Shown: positions 39,532-50,580, numbered from the stretch's first letter. The stretch: 64,000 nucleotides of DNA from an uncultured Chroococcidiopsis sp. (GCA_964248365.1 CAXTYC010000008.1:1-64000); one strand, 5' to 3'. Translations and numbers: made by a program. The notes: generated from the sequence alone by a model not told the origin.

Positions 39532-41544
39532 TTAATCGTGGGAGGGGAGAGTAAAAACTACAGTTGTTCCTTGAGATAAACCGGAATCTAACCAAATTTC
39601 ACCACCCATTAGTTCTACTAAACGTTTACAGATAGTTAAACCCAAACCTGTACCACCGTAGCGACGTTTAATAGAACCATCAGCCTGCACAAACGGTTCA
39701 AATAGTAAATCTTTTTTTGTAGGATCAATACCGATACCAGTATCAGCTACAGAAATTTCAACGAAAGGTTTGTCAGTGCGTTTGATTGCTTTAACGCAAA
39801 CTTTGCCTTTGTGAGTAAATTTGAAGGCGTTGGAAAGCAAGTTAGTGAATATTTGTCTGAGCTTAACTTTATCGGCGTAAATGGTATCAACTTCGCATTC
39901 AATTATTAGGGAAATTCCCTTGCGATCGCTATCTAATCGAAATAGGCGACACTGTTCTTCTAGCAGGCAATCAAGCTTGATTGTCTGCCAATTCACCTGC
40001 ATTCGCCCTGCTTCTATTTTAGCAAGGTCGAGGACATCATTGATCAAAGCGACAAGATTTTCGGCTGACTGATAGGCAATGTTGATATATTCTTTTAACT
40101 CTTCCTCATTGTCATAAAAACCTTCTTTTAGCAGTTTTAGGTAGTTTAGTGTAGAGGCTAGAGGTGTGCGTAATTCATGGCTGGTGGATGAGAGGAAATC
40201 TGACTTGAGGCGATTAGCTTCCTCTGCTACTGTACGAGCAGCATTTAGTTCTCTCGTTTGCATTTCCAATACCAAACGCTGCTGGTGTTCGTATTGATAC
40301 AGTCGATTCTGCATTACTGCCATTGTTAAATGATTTCCCAATGACTGCACAAGTTGAATTTCTTGGTTAGTCCAAATTCTTGCTTGATTCTTTTTCAACT
40401 CTCGCCAAGCTGCAAACGAGTTTCTTACTCTGAAATTGCGCTCATCTGGATCGAATTTGCCTGCCCAGATTATGTCAGTATCAATTTCATCCCGAAAGAT
40501 GGTGAGGCAACCCAAAGATTGTCTACTATATTGCAGGGGCATTACTAGCAAGCTGCGGATACTGGTATGCTTGAAGGCAGGAGCAACATCTAGTAATCGT
40601 ATTTCTTGGTAGATATCATCGATCGCTTCAATTGGTTGTTCTTTACCTTCACTCAATATTAGCTGTTGCCAAAACGGGTAATCCTCAAGCATTGCTTGTG
40701 TTTCACTCAATGCAACCGATTGAGCATTGTAAGTATAAACAGCAGCACACTCTTGCCCTGTTGAGGTAAGATACAGTCTCCCCCCAGAACCTTCGACGCT
40801 GTTAACAATTCTTTCTAAAACAATTTGGAGAATTTCTTGAATTTTGAAAGGAGAGTGAAGCAGGGTAGAAAATTGGTTAATCAGTTCTTCACGACGAGCT
40901 TTTTCTCTAGCTTGAGTAAGCAAATCGGATTGGGCGATCGCAATTGCTACTTGATCGGCGATCATTTGGACAATCTGTAACTCTTGCTGTTTAAAAGCTT
41001 TCGGCTGAGCATGATGGGAAACCAGTAAACCCCATAGCTGCTGTTGATGTAGAATCGGTATTACTAGAGAAGACTTTACCCCCATTGAGGACAGATATTC
41101 AACGTGACAAGGATCAACTGGGCGCTGGAGAATGTCTGCGATCGCACATTTTTGCACTTGTTCAACTGTCAAATCTCCAGTGTCAAGACTATCCAAGTGA
41201 TTGAGGGTAATCTGCTGCTGCCCAACGTCTACAATTGAGCGTGTGCGAGCTTTGACGAACATCTCTCGCGCATGAGGGGGGATATCTCCGGCGGGAAAGT
41301 GTAGCCCCAGCAATGATGGTAAACGATGAGTTACAATTGATTCGGCGATTACTTGTCCCGTTCCATCAGGATCAAATTTGTAAATTTTGACTCGATCTGT
41401 ATGCAAAAATGACCGAATCTCCTGCACTGTACACGATAGAATCTCTCCCAGTTCCAGAGATTGACGGATACGATGAGTCATCCGGTTGAGCAAAGTTTCC
41501 TCAGTGATAGCCACTTTACTGTTATTTCTATTTTTATGGCGCAT
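39532..41544 (-). CDS. Knotless (Cph2-type) phytochrome histidine kinase, GAF-PHY-HK
   Basis: HFPAGDIP, PVDPCHVEYL bilin-binding Cys, tongue WAG...VRNSFAAW, SHELRTPL, GGTGLGL. Confidence 0.85.
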   Translation of the reverse strand: MRHKNRNNSKVAITEETLLNRMTHRIRQSLELGEILSCTVQEIRSFLHTDRVKIYKFDPDGTGQVIAESIVTHRLPSLLGLHFPAGDIPPHAREMFVKARTRSIVDVGQQQITLNHLDSLDTGDLTVEQVQKCAIADILQRPVDPCHVEYLSSMGVKSSLVIPILHQQQLWGLLVSHHAQPKAFKQQELQIVQMIADQVAIAIAQSDLLTQAREKARREELINQFSTLLHSPFKIQEILQIVLERIVNSVEGSGGRLYLTSTGQECAAVYTYNAQSVALSETQAMLEDYPFWQQLILSEGKEQPIEAIDDIYQEIRLLDVAPAFKHTSIRSLLVMPLQYSRQSLGCLTIFRDEIDTDIIWAGKFDPDERNFRVRNSFAAWRELKKNQARIWTNQEIQLVQSLGNHLTMAVMQNRLYQYEHQQRLVLEMQTRELNAARTVAEEANRLKSDFLSSTSHELRTPLASTLNYLKLLKEGFYDNEEELKEYINIAYQSAENLVALINDVLDLAKIEAGRMQVNWQTIKLDCLLEEQCRLFRLDSDRKGISLIIECEVDTIYADKVKLRQIFTNLLSNAFKFTHKGKVCVKAIKRTDKPFVEISVADTGIGIDPTKKDLLFEPFVQADGSIKRRYGGTGLGLTICKRLVELMGGEIWLDSGLSQGTTVVFTLPSHD

Positions 41545-41748
41545 TTCCTATTGGGGAGATTAAAAAAGTTGTAGTTTATCAAACAAAATTTAATTACCTT
41601 TAATTATATATGACCATAACAATTCATAATAAGGGTAAAGGCTAAAGGCTAAAGGGTAAAGGTAATTCGTAATTAATAATTCTCACCTTGCGCCCCTTGC
41701 GCCCCTTGCCCCTTGCGCCCCTCTGCCCACTCTCGCCCTCGCTCTTTG

Positions 41749-42186
41749 TTACCAACGACTGCGGTGATTAGATTTTAATTGTTTATCAGCATCATTTTTT
41801 GGGGAAACCAGAAGTTGTTGCAGTTGCTGCAAAATATTGTCTAGTCCTGCATCTTTTCCTAAGAAAGCATCAGCTTCTTCGCAGATTACTTTACCACTTT
41901 CCAATTCATTTTTACCAATAAACGCTGTTACTAAAACAAGTATTGGTGGTGATGGGAAAATTTTTCTAATATGCTGAATTAGTTTACGTCCATTAATTTC
42001 TTTATATTGGCTGGGTGGAAGAGATAGATCGATCATAATTAAGTCATATCGATTTGGCTCCCGTTCTATATCTTCTAAAAGAGAGTTGGCATCGCTAAAA
42101 CTAGATACTTCAAAAGTATTTCTGAAGAAGCGCTGAACTGCCAAACACCACAGATGATCGTCATCGATAATAGCAATTCTATTCAT
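41749..42186 (-). CDS. Single-domain response regulator, paralog of 38078-38491
   Basis: IIDDD, IDLSLP, shared ELE.G..IC.EAD.FL.KDAGL. Confidence 0.88.
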   Translation of the reverse strand: MNRIAIIDDDHLWCLAVQRFFRNTFEVSSFSDANSLLEDIEREPNRYDLIMIDLSLPPSQYKEINGRKLIQHIRKIFPSPPILVLVTAFIGKNELESGKVICEEADAFLGKDAGLDNILQQLQQLLVSPKNDADKQLKSNHRSRW

Positions 42187-42420
42187 TCAATTCTTACCTT
42201 ATCTAAATTGATTATTTCTTACTCCTAGAGGAGAAATAAATATTTTTTGATTGTCTATGGTTTGAAAAATTATAATTTTTTTTAAAACATTAATATTAAA
42301 CGTGTTATTATTATTATTAGTAACAAAACTTGAGTATAAAAATTTATTCTATTTAAAATAAAAATAATTTCTTAAGCAAGTGGCATGGAATGAGTTGAAT
42401 TAACTCTAAATCCATTTCTA

Positions 42421-45400
42421 CTATTGTTGGATGATGTTCGCCACGACTGCAACCAATTGGGCTGGTTCAACAGGTTTGGCTAAATGGATCTGGAAACCAG
42501 CGGCGATCGCCGCTGCTTGATCTTCACTACGAGCGTAAGCTGTCAGCGCTATAGCAGGAATTCTCCCTCCTCGTTCTGCCTCAATATTCCTCAGTTTGCG
42601 AATAAGCGAATAACCATTTTCGTGGGGCATCCCAATATCGCTTACTAACACATTGGGCTGCAATTTTTCGAAGGCATCTAGTGCCTCAGCCACAGATGCA
42701 ACTGCGGTTACTTTAGCTCCGTACTGTTCCAAAACGGTAGTAAGCAACTCCCGCGCATCCGCTTCGTCGTCTACGACAAGGATTTGTAAATTTTCGAGTG
42801 CCGAGTAGCGAGAGGAATTTTGGATTTTAGATTTTGGATTAGTGTCGCGCCTCGACACAAAGGCGCAAACAGAGGAATTTTCTTGTGCTCCCTCAGATCC
42901 CCCATCTCCGTTTTGCTCCTCTGCCCCTCTGCCCTTCTGCCCCCCTGCCATTTCCAAAAGAGGGAGCTTTACAGTAAACGTAGAACCTAGCCCTTCGCCT
43001 GGACTTTCAACATAGACACTACCGTGATGTAACTCAACTAAACTTCGCACGATCGCTAATCCTAATCCTAATCCACTTTGCGCTCTGGTAATAGTGCTAT
43101 CAGCTTGGCGAAAGCGCTCAAATACATAAGGCAAAAATTCTGGGCTAATGCCTTTACCCGTATCACTAACTTGTAGCTGAGCGTAGCTGGTAATTGGTAA
43201 TTGTCCATTTCTACCATCTATTACGGTTGATAGCTTAATTTCTACCTTTCCTCCTTCTGGGGTAAACTTAACGGCATTAGAAAGTAAATTCCAAACAATT
43301 TGTTGCAAGCGCACCGGATCACCCAAAATCAAAGCAGGGGGAGAGGGGGAGATGGGGGAGAATTCCGAATTGGGATCTTCCAATTGCGAATTTCGACTTG
43401 TTCTGTCTTCTATGGTGAAATTTAATTGAATGTTTTTGCTCAGAGCGCTGGTGCGGATCACATCAATCGCTGCTTCAATCACTGATATAAGGTTAACTTC
43501 GGTCAAGTTGAGAAGCAGCTTGCCCCTAATCATACGCGAGATGTCTAGCAAGTCTTCAATTAACTGAGCTTGTAAACGAGCGTTGCGCTCAATGATTTCT
43601 AAAGCTTGAGCCGTTTTGGCAGCATCAAATTTTCGTGTTCGCAGTAGGCGAACCCATCCCAACATGGCATTTAAGGGCGATCGCAGTTCATGAGAAACAA
43701 TTGCCAAGAATTCATCTTTAGTGCGATTTGCTGTTTCAGCCGCCCCCCGTGCTGCTTGCTCAGCGGATAATAGCATCTGATATTCTGCTTCTTGTCGCTT
43801 GCGATCGCTAATGTCTCGCTGAATTGCTACCCAGTGCGTATAACAGCCTGTTTCATCTGCCACTGGCACAAGGCTGATTTCTGTCCAAAATTCTGAACCA
43901 TCTTTGCGATAGTTAATTAGTTCGACGCAGATTGATTCCCATCGGCTCAAAGCAGCGCGAATTTTATCTAGGGTTGGGCGATCGCTTTTTGCTCCTTGCA
44001 AGAAACGGGGAGTTTTCCCCAATATTTCCTCGCAGGAATAGCCAGTCATGCGAGTAAAGGCTGCATTAGCATATAAAATTTTTGGTCCAGGATCATCAAT
44101 TGGTTCAGCTTCGGTAATTAAAATTGCATCTTTGGCATTGACTACTACTGACTCTAAAAGACGCAACTGCTTTTCTATTTGCTTGCGCTTGGTGATATCG
44201 ATGTCTACCCCAGTCATCCGCACTGGATTACCTAATGAATCTCGAAAGACGTAACCTTTGCTTTGGCAAAAGCGAATTGTACCATCAGCCCATACAACCC
44301 GAAATTCGATATCGTATTGTGCTTCCTCCTGAACTGCTTGCATTACCGACTGGTTAACGAAGTCCCGATCTTGGGGATGAACATAGTTAATAAAACTTTC
44401 ATATGTACCGTCAAAAGCGCCTTGCTCTAGACCAAAAAGCGCTTCTAGGTTTTCTGACCAAGTAATTTTATTGGTTAAAATATTCCATTCCCATCTGCCC
44501 ATGCGCGCAGCACACAAGGCAAATTTCAGTCGCTCCTCACTTTCCCTCAGTTCTTCCTGCAACTGCTTGCGCTCAGTAATGTCGTCTGCAATACCGACGA
44601 GCCGCTCAACTTCTCCCTGGGCGTTGAAAATGGGAAAGGCGCGATCGCGAATCCAGCGCTCTTGATTGTCGGGGCGGATGATGCGATATTCTATTTCTGC
44701 CTCACCTTGAAGTTGCTGATCCTGAGCAGCAATTATGTGAGCGCGATCCATAGGGTGGACAGAATCTATAAAACAAGCAGGATTGTCATACAGTTGCTGA
44801 CGATCGCGTCCCCAAATTTCCTCATAGGCGGGGCTAATGTAGAATATTTTGCTATGACAGGGAGAAACTATCCAAAAAACTTGACGGATGTTTTGAGTCA
44901 GTTGTTGAAATAACTCTTCGTTTTGCTGTAACTTATCCTCGGTTGAGATGCGATCGCTAATGTCTCTCAAACTCACAGCACGATGCTGCAATTCTGACTC
45001 CTGATTCCTGACTTCTGACTTCTGACTTTTGACTCCTGGCTGCTGACTTTCGTTGTAACTGCGGAAAAATTCAACTAACTTTGGTTCCGCAGCAAACAAA
45101 TTACCCAGAACAGCCGTAGCTGGTGGATCAATTTGATAAGTAAGTGCGGGATGAGCTTCTACCCATAGATGACAAGTTTTTATATAAGCCAGAAATTTCA
45201 TTAAGTGGTTGTAGTTGCTCACTCCCAGAATTCGGCGCAGTTCTTCACGACAATTAGCGTCTTGCTTCGGGTTAAGGAAGATATAAATACAACAGGAGAA
45301 TATCGCCTTTTCCAGTTGGTAATCTGGTTCAGGCAAAGATGTTAGGGGAGAAGCGTTGGCTAACAACGCCTTGATTTCCTCAAGTTCTGCCAGCGTGGGA

Positions 45401-45684
45401 GCAGGAGATTCCAACAACTGCAAAATGTGTTTTGCACTCATTCCCAGTCGCCCCAAAGCGCAACTATGGCAGACAATGCAGTAAGAAACACTACAGTAGC
45501 GCGATAGATAAGCAAACAGCTTTTCTTTAAATAGCGTTGGCAAAGGATTATTGACATACGCTGCCAATGTTTGTTGCCAGAGGTTATCCAGTACTTGGGT
45601 ATTTTCCTGATCTGGCACAAACAAGGACGGCAAATAGCCAAAACACGCCGAAACCTCTGAAATGATTTGTTTATTGGTTCGCAT
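42421..45684 (-). CDS. Hybrid histidine kinase: Cys-rich AhpD/CMD-like N-terminus, 3 PAS, HK, receiver
   Basis: FKEKLFAYLSRYCSVSYCIVCH; PAS/PAC motifs; SHELRSPL; SDIGMP receiver. Confidence 0.9.
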   Translation of the reverse strand: MRTNKQIISEVSACFGYLPSLFVPDQENTQVLDNLWQQTLAAYVNNPLPTLFKEKLFAYLSRYCSVSYCIVCHSCALGRLGMSAKHILQLLESPAPTLAELEEIKALLANASPLTSLPEPDYQLEKAIFSCCIYIFLNPKQDANCREELRRILGVSNYNHLMKFLAYIKTCHLWVEAHPALTYQIDPPATAVLGNLFAAEPKLVEFFRSYNESQQPGVKSQKSEVRNQESELQHRAVSLRDISDRISTEDKLQQNEELFQQLTQNIRQVFWIVSPCHSKIFYISPAYEEIWGRDRQQLYDNPACFIDSVHPMDRAHIIAAQDQQLQGEAEIEYRIIRPDNQERWIRDRAFPIFNAQGEVERLVGIADDITERKQLQEELRESEERLKFALCAARMGRWEWNILTNKITWSENLEALFGLEQGAFDGTYESFINYVHPQDRDFVNQSVMQAVQEEAQYDIEFRVVWADGTIRFCQSKGYVFRDSLGNPVRMTGVDIDITKRKQIEKQLRLLESVVVNAKDAILITEAEPIDDPGPKILYANAAFTRMTGYSCEEILGKTPRFLQGAKSDRPTLDKIRAALSRWESICVELINYRKDGSEFWTEISLVPVADETGCYTHWVAIQRDISDRKRQEAEYQMLLSAEQAARGAAETANRTKDEFLAIVSHELRSPLNAMLGWVRLLRTRKFDAAKTAQALEIIERNARLQAQLIEDLLDISRMIRGKLLLNLTEVNLISVIEAAIDVIRTSALSKNIQLNFTIEDRTSRNSQLEDPNSEFSPISPSPPALILGDPVRLQQIVWNLLSNAVKFTPEGGKVEIKLSTVIDGRNGQLPITSYAQLQVSDTGKGISPEFLPYVFERFRQADSTITRAQSGLGLGLAIVRSLVELHHGSVYVESPGEGLGSTFTVKLPLLEMAGGQKGRGAEEQNGDGGSEGAQENSSVCAFVSRRDTNPKSKIQNSSRYSALENLQILVVDDEADARELLTTVLEQYGAKVTAVASVAEALDAFEKLQPNVLVSDIGMPHENGYSLIRKLRNIEAERGGRIPAIALTAYARSEDQAAAIAAGFQIHLAKPVEPAQLVAVVANIIQQ

Positions 45685-46140
45685 TGAAATACAGCTTTTT
45701 TGCCTTAGCGCTCAATTACTCAAGCTTAGTTAGCCCATGCAGCGCACTTTTTTGATCGTTTATTGATTTTATTAAGTATCTTCTCTGAATATCTAATAAA
45801 CCTGCTGCAATTATCTTGAAATATTATTAAGGTTTGCTTTCAAAAGTTTATGCCCTTATTCCCAAGTTTACAGTACAAGTATTGTACAAAAATGTGGGAT
45901 TGAATTCAAAACTGGTAACTGGTAACTGGTAACTGTAAAAGTTTCGGCGGCATCAGTTACTAATCTTGACTAGAGTTACACCTTAGTATACGTATCTTCT
46001 GTAAACATCTTGCAATACCTTTTGCAAGATGTCTATTGTTTTTTCACCATCGCGCCGCGTCCGGCGCACAGTTGGGCTGAGCGATAAGGGTCTGTTATAT
46101 AGACTATTAGTAGGCTTTTGAGCAAATTATTTCAAAAACA

Positions 46141-46158
46141 TTTACATAATTTAAGAAT
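46141..46158 (+). promoter_or_regulatory. HLR1-like (RpaB) site upstream of hli-ocp
   Basis: TTTACATA-AT-TTAAGAAT direct repeat resembling (G/T)TTACA(T/A)(T/A). Confidence 0.5.
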
Positions 46159-46209
46159 ACTGTTAGATTGTTTTACATTAAGCTAAAACCAGAGATTAAG
46201 GAAGGCTGC

Positions 46210-46425
46210 ATGAGCGTAGGCAACTATGTGCTAGATGAGCGAGGTTTAGCGAATAATTTTGCTGTTGAACCAAAGATGTACTTGCAACAAAGCCCTCGAA
46301 CTGGCTTCACTACCCCAGCCGAAAAGCTCAATGGTCGCTTAGCCATGATTGGTTTTGTGTCTGTGATAATTTTGGAAATTTTGACTGGACATGGCTTGAT
46401 AGGTTTTCTTGCTAGCCTGTCTTAG
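46210..46425 (+). CDS. hli: High-light-inducible protein (HLIP) with Psb34-like N-terminus
   Basis: DERGLANNFAVEPKMY; AEKLNGRLAMIGF CAB motif. Confidence 0.9.
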   Translation: MSVGNYVLDERGLANNFAVEPKMYLQQSPRTGFTTPAEKLNGRLAMIGFVSVIILEILTGHGLIGFLASLS

Positions 46426-46487
46426 CTTTAGAGTCCTTTTGTAAAACTTGACAACTATTTAGCAGATAAATTTTGGAGATTCTAATC

Positions 46488-47459
46488 ATGACTTACACAA
46501 TCGAGTCAGCGCAGACAATTTTCTCTAACACTCAAGTTCCTAGTCCGATTCCTGCAACCATAGCGCTGTTCGATCAACTCGGTGTTGACGATCAGCTAGC
46601 CTTCCTCTGGTATGCTTATACTGAAATGGGTAATACAATTACGCCCGCAGCCCCTGGCGCAGCGCGTCTGCAACTAGCAGAAAGTTTGCTCAATCAAATT
46701 AAGCAGATGTCTCCAGCCGAGCAAACGCAAGTCATGCGCGATTTGGCTAACCATGCTGACACTCCTATCAGCCGTTCCTATGGATTTTTCAGCGTCAACA
46801 CCAAGCTAGCTTTTTGGTATGAGCTAGGAGAGTTGATGAAACAGGGTATCGTCGCTCCTATCCCAACTGGCTATCGAATGACTCCAGGTGTGGAAGTAGT
46901 GCTAGCAGCAACCCAGAAACTCGATCCAGGTCAGCAAATCACAGTATTGCGTAATACTGTAGTAAACATGGGATTTGATACTTCTGAGCTTGCACCTAGC
47001 AGTTATCCAAAAGCTGCTAAAGAACCGACGTTCCAACGCACCGAGCCAGTATCTACAGCTAAGGTGAAGATTGAGGGAATTAGTGAGCCTGCCGTTCTAA
47101 GCTATATCGAAGCCATGAACGCAGACAACTTTGATGCTGCTGTAGCTCTGTTTACTTCCGACGGTGCTTTGCAACCGCCATTCCAGAAGCCGATAGTCGG
47201 TCATGAAGCGATCGCTAAATATATGCGTGAAGAAGCACAAGGATTGAATATGATGCCACAGCAGGGCATCACCCAGACGCTAGAAAATGGCTCTAAGCAG
47301 CTTAAAGTCACAGGTGTAGTCCAAACTCCTTGGTTCGGTGTCAATGTTGGGATGAATATTGCATGGCGGTTCTTAATCAATTCTGAAGGTAAAATTTTCT
47401 TCGTGGCAATTGATATGCTAGCATCTCCCCAAGAACTCCTAAACCTGCGTCCAATGTAG
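46488..47459 (+). CDS. ocp: Orange carotenoid protein (full length, probably OCPX/OCP3 clade)
   Basis: LAFLWYAYTEMG, TKLAFWYELG NTD; LQPPFQKPIVG, VQTPWFG NTF2-like CTD. Confidence 0.93.
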   Translation: MTYTIESAQTIFSNTQVPSPIPATIALFDQLGVDDQLAFLWYAYTEMGNTITPAAPGAARLQLAESLLNQIKQMSPAEQTQVMRDLANHADTPISRSYGFFSVNTKLAFWYELGELMKQGIVAPIPTGYRMTPGVEVVLAATQKLDPGQQITVLRNTVVNMGFDTSELAPSSYPKAAKEPTFQRTEPVSTAKVKIEGISEPAVLSYIEAMNADNFDAAVALFTSDGALQPPFQKPIVGHEAIAKYMREEAQGLNMMPQQGITQTLENGSKQLKVTGVVQTPWFGVNVGMNIAWRFLINSEGKIFFVAIDMLASPQELLNLRPM

Positions 47460-47847
47460 AACGCGATCGCGTTTGATTTTAAGTCGGGTAGGGGCGGGTT
47501 TACTAAAAATCTTTATTCCTAACTAAAAATTTTGACTATCCCCACCCCTACAAAACATTCATGCAAGAGGTTTCTTAACTCAGACGACAGTTGGATATCA
47601 GTAGACTTCTTGCGATCCTTGTGGGAAAAGGGAAAAGGGAAAGGGGGAAACCCATTGAATTTTCCTTTTCCCTTTCACCTTTAACCTTTTCCCCTGGCGC
47701 GCAATTGGGACTTTTGCAAGAGGTTTTGTAACTACACGCTCGCCCCAGTGGGATTATCTTGAAATAATGTTAAGACTTGCTTACTAACTTATGTTCTTAT
47801 TACCAAAGTATAGGGAACAAAGTTATATAAAAAGATGGTAAAAAAAT

Positions 47848-49380
47848 ATGCCGCTTGCCCGCTTAAAGCTAACCAACATTAGCAAGTCATATTCTGGAGT
47901 GTTGGCAAATAATCAGGTGAATTTGACGATTCAACAGAGCGAAATTCAAGCGTTGCTGGGTGAAAACGGGGCGGGCAAGAGTACCTTAATGAAAATTATA
48001 TATGGAGGAGTGCGCCCCGATGGGGGAAAAATTGAGTGGGATGGGCAGGAAGTTAATGTAAGTAGTCCAGAAAAAGCGCGAAGTCTGGGCATTAATATGG
48101 TATTTCAACACTTTTCTTTGTTTGAAAGCCTGACTGTTACAGAAAACATTGCTCTGGCTCAACCCAAAACCGAAAAGTGGAATTTAGCAAGACTTGCTAA
48201 AAAAATTCGTCAATTATCAGAGCAGTATGGCTTAAGTGTAGATCCTAACCGTTTGGTACACTCGCTCTCGGTGGGGGAAAAGCAGCGAGTGGAAATTCTT
48301 CGCTGTTTATCTGTGACTACCAAATTACTAATACTAGACGAACCGACAGCAGTTTTGACACCTGGGGAGACAGAAAGATTGTTTGCCGTGCTGCGACAGA
48401 TTGCCTCGTCTGGGTGTACTATTTTAATCAGTAGCCATAAATTACAGGAAGTGCGATCGCTCTGTAGTAGCGCTACCGTTTTGCGTAATGGTGAAGTTGT
48501 CGCCCAGTGTAACCCTCAGCTAGAAACACCAGCTAGCCTCGTCCGAATGATGATCGGTACTGATGTACCAGCTAGGAGGGGACGAAAAAATCATTCTGTT
48601 GGTTCTGTCTGCTTACGAGTAAACGATTTGTGTCTAGAACCAGAAAATCCCTTTGGTACAGCATTACAGCACATCTCTTTTGAGATTTATGCTGGAGAAA
48701 TTGTAGGTATTGCTGGGGTGGCTGGTAACGGACAGAGTGAACTGCTAGCAGCCTTAAGCGGTCAAATCCTCAGCCCCAAAGCGTATATGATCCAGCTAGG
48801 TGAAATGCCCATCGGTCATCATGGTGTTGTCAAGCGTCGCCGCCTGGGTTTAGCATATGTCCCCGAAGAACGCCTGGAAAAGGGGGCAGTACCCAATTTG
48901 AGTTTGCTAGAAAATGCCTTGCTGACAGGGTATACTCAAGGGCTGGTGCGACGTGGGGTCGTTCGCCAAACCCGCCTGAAAGTTTGGACTGGGAGAATTT
49001 GTGAAGCATTCAATGTGAAACAGGCAGGGTTAGATTCTCCTGCTAGCAGTCTATCAGGAGGGAACTTACAAAAGTTTATCATCGGGCGAGAAATTTTGCA
49101 AAATCCATCTATATTAATTGCAGCTCATCCGAGTTGGGGTGTGGATGTGAATGCGACAGCCAGTATTCATGAAGCTTTGATTGAACTGCGAGATGCAGGG
49201 ACAGCGCTCCTAGTGATTTCTGAGGATTTGGATGAACTATTTAGCCTGTGCGATCGCATTGGTGCTATATACAAAGGTGAACTATCACCCCTCAAACCGA
49301 TTCAATCTACCAGCCGTGACGAAATTGGACGCTTAATGGGGGGAGTTATGTTGTCTCCGGTTAAATATTCTTCGATCTGA
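47848..49380 (+). CDS. Nucleoside ABC transporter ATP-binding protein (double NBD)
   Basis: GENGAGKST, LDEPT, LSGGNLQK. Confidence 0.92.
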   Translation: MPLARLKLTNISKSYSGVLANNQVNLTIQQSEIQALLGENGAGKSTLMKIIYGGVRPDGGKIEWDGQEVNVSSPEKARSLGINMVFQHFSLFESLTVTENIALAQPKTEKWNLARLAKKIRQLSEQYGLSVDPNRLVHSLSVGEKQRVEILRCLSVTTKLLILDEPTAVLTPGETERLFAVLRQIASSGCTILISSHKLQEVRSLCSSATVLRNGEVVAQCNPQLETPASLVRMMIGTDVPARRGRKNHSVGSVCLRVNDLCLEPENPFGTALQHISFEIYAGEIVGIAGVAGNGQSELLAALSGQILSPKAYMIQLGEMPIGHHGVVKRRRLGLAYVPEERLEKGAVPNLSLLENALLTGYTQGLVRRGVVRQTRLKVWTGRICEAFNVKQAGLDSPASSLSGGNLQKFIIGREILQNPSILIAAHPSWGVDVNATASIHEALIELRDAGTALLVISEDLDELFSLCDRIGAIYKGELSPLKPIQSTSRDEIGRLMGGVMLSPVKYSSI

Positions 49381-49515
49381 CAGCAGGAGAGCAGAGGGAC
49401 AAGGGGACAAGGGGACAAGGGGACTCTTGTGAGAATTACTTTAAGCTTTCCCCCTTTGTCCTTGTCTCCCCCTCACCTTGTCCTTTTCTAGCCTCTAGCC
49501 TCTAGCCCCTAGCTT

Positions 49516-50580
49516 ATGCAAATTAAACTAGAATCTCGCAAAGTGAGTTCAAAAACATGGCTTGTGCTATCGCCTGTTGTCGCAATGCTTGCAACAGTAA
49601 TTTGTGGCATCTTACTGTTTGGCATCTTGGGGAAATCTCCCTTTGCCGCCTTAACTACCTTATTTGTCGCTCCTCTGGGTAGTTTTTACGGACTCTCTGA
49701 ACTGGCTGTGAAAGCTGCGCCTATTGTTTTATGTGCTGTTGGTTTAGCTATATGTTTTCACGCCAAGGTTTGGAATATTGGTGCTGAAGGGCAGTTGACA
49801 ATGGGAGCAATTTTAGGTACTGCCACCGCTTTAGCATTTCCGCATCTGAATAACTACGGCTTACTCCTAATGTGCATTTTGGCTGGGGTAACGGGTGGTG
49901 TTGCTTGGGGGAGTATTCCGGCGTGGTTGAAAGTACAGTTTAATGCGAATGAAATCCTCACCAGCTTGATGTTAAACTATGTTGCTATTTCAGTTTTAAA
50001 TTATCTGGTACGGGGACCATTAAAAGATCCTCAAGGCTTCAATTTTCCTGAATCTGCAACTTTTTCCCAGTTTGCTAGTTTACCAACCCTAATTGCTGGA
50101 ACCAGGGTTCACTTAGGTGTTTTACTAGCTATTGTGGCAGGGGGGTTAATTTGGGTGTTACTGACACAGACGTTTTTTGGTTTTCAAGTGCGGGTAATTG
50201 GTTCTAGTTCAGGTGCGGCTGATTATGCAGGGATAGAACGCGATCGCATTATTTGGCTTAGTCTAATTATTAGTGGTGGTTTAGCTGGTTTGGCTGGGGC
50301 GTGTGAAGTCCTTGGTCCTATCGGTCAACTTCGCCCTACAATATCTCCTGGCTATGGTTATACAGCCATCATCGCCGCTTTTATTGGGCGTTTAAATCCT
50401 TTGGGAATTATTTTATCGAGTCTCTTAATGGCACTGCTATACGTTGGCGGTGAATTATTGCAAATCAAACAGGGTTTACCTTTAGCTTTAGCTGGTGTTT
50501 TCCAAGGTATTTTATTCTTCTTTCTCCTGGCGGCTGATTTGTTAATTTCTAATCAATTACGAATTAGAACTAAAGATTAA
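49516..50580 (+). CDS. Nucleoside ABC transporter permease 1
   Basis: WNIGAEGQ, NEILTSLMLNY, GYGYTAI. Confidence 0.9.
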   Translation: MQIKLESRKVSSKTWLVLSPVVAMLATVICGILLFGILGKSPFAALTTLFVAPLGSFYGLSELAVKAAPIVLCAVGLAICFHAKVWNIGAEGQLTMGAILGTATALAFPHLNNYGLLLMCILAGVTGGVAWGSIPAWLKVQFNANEILTSLMLNYVAISVLNYLVRGPLKDPQGFNFPESATFSQFASLPTLIAGTRVHLGVLLAIVAGGLIWVLLTQTFFGFQVRVIGSSSGAADYAGIERDRIIWLSLIISGGLAGLAGACEVLGPIGQLRPTISPGYGYTAIIAAFIGRLNPLGIILSSLLMALLYVGGELLQIKQGLPLALAGVFQGILFFFLLAADLLISNQLRIRTKD

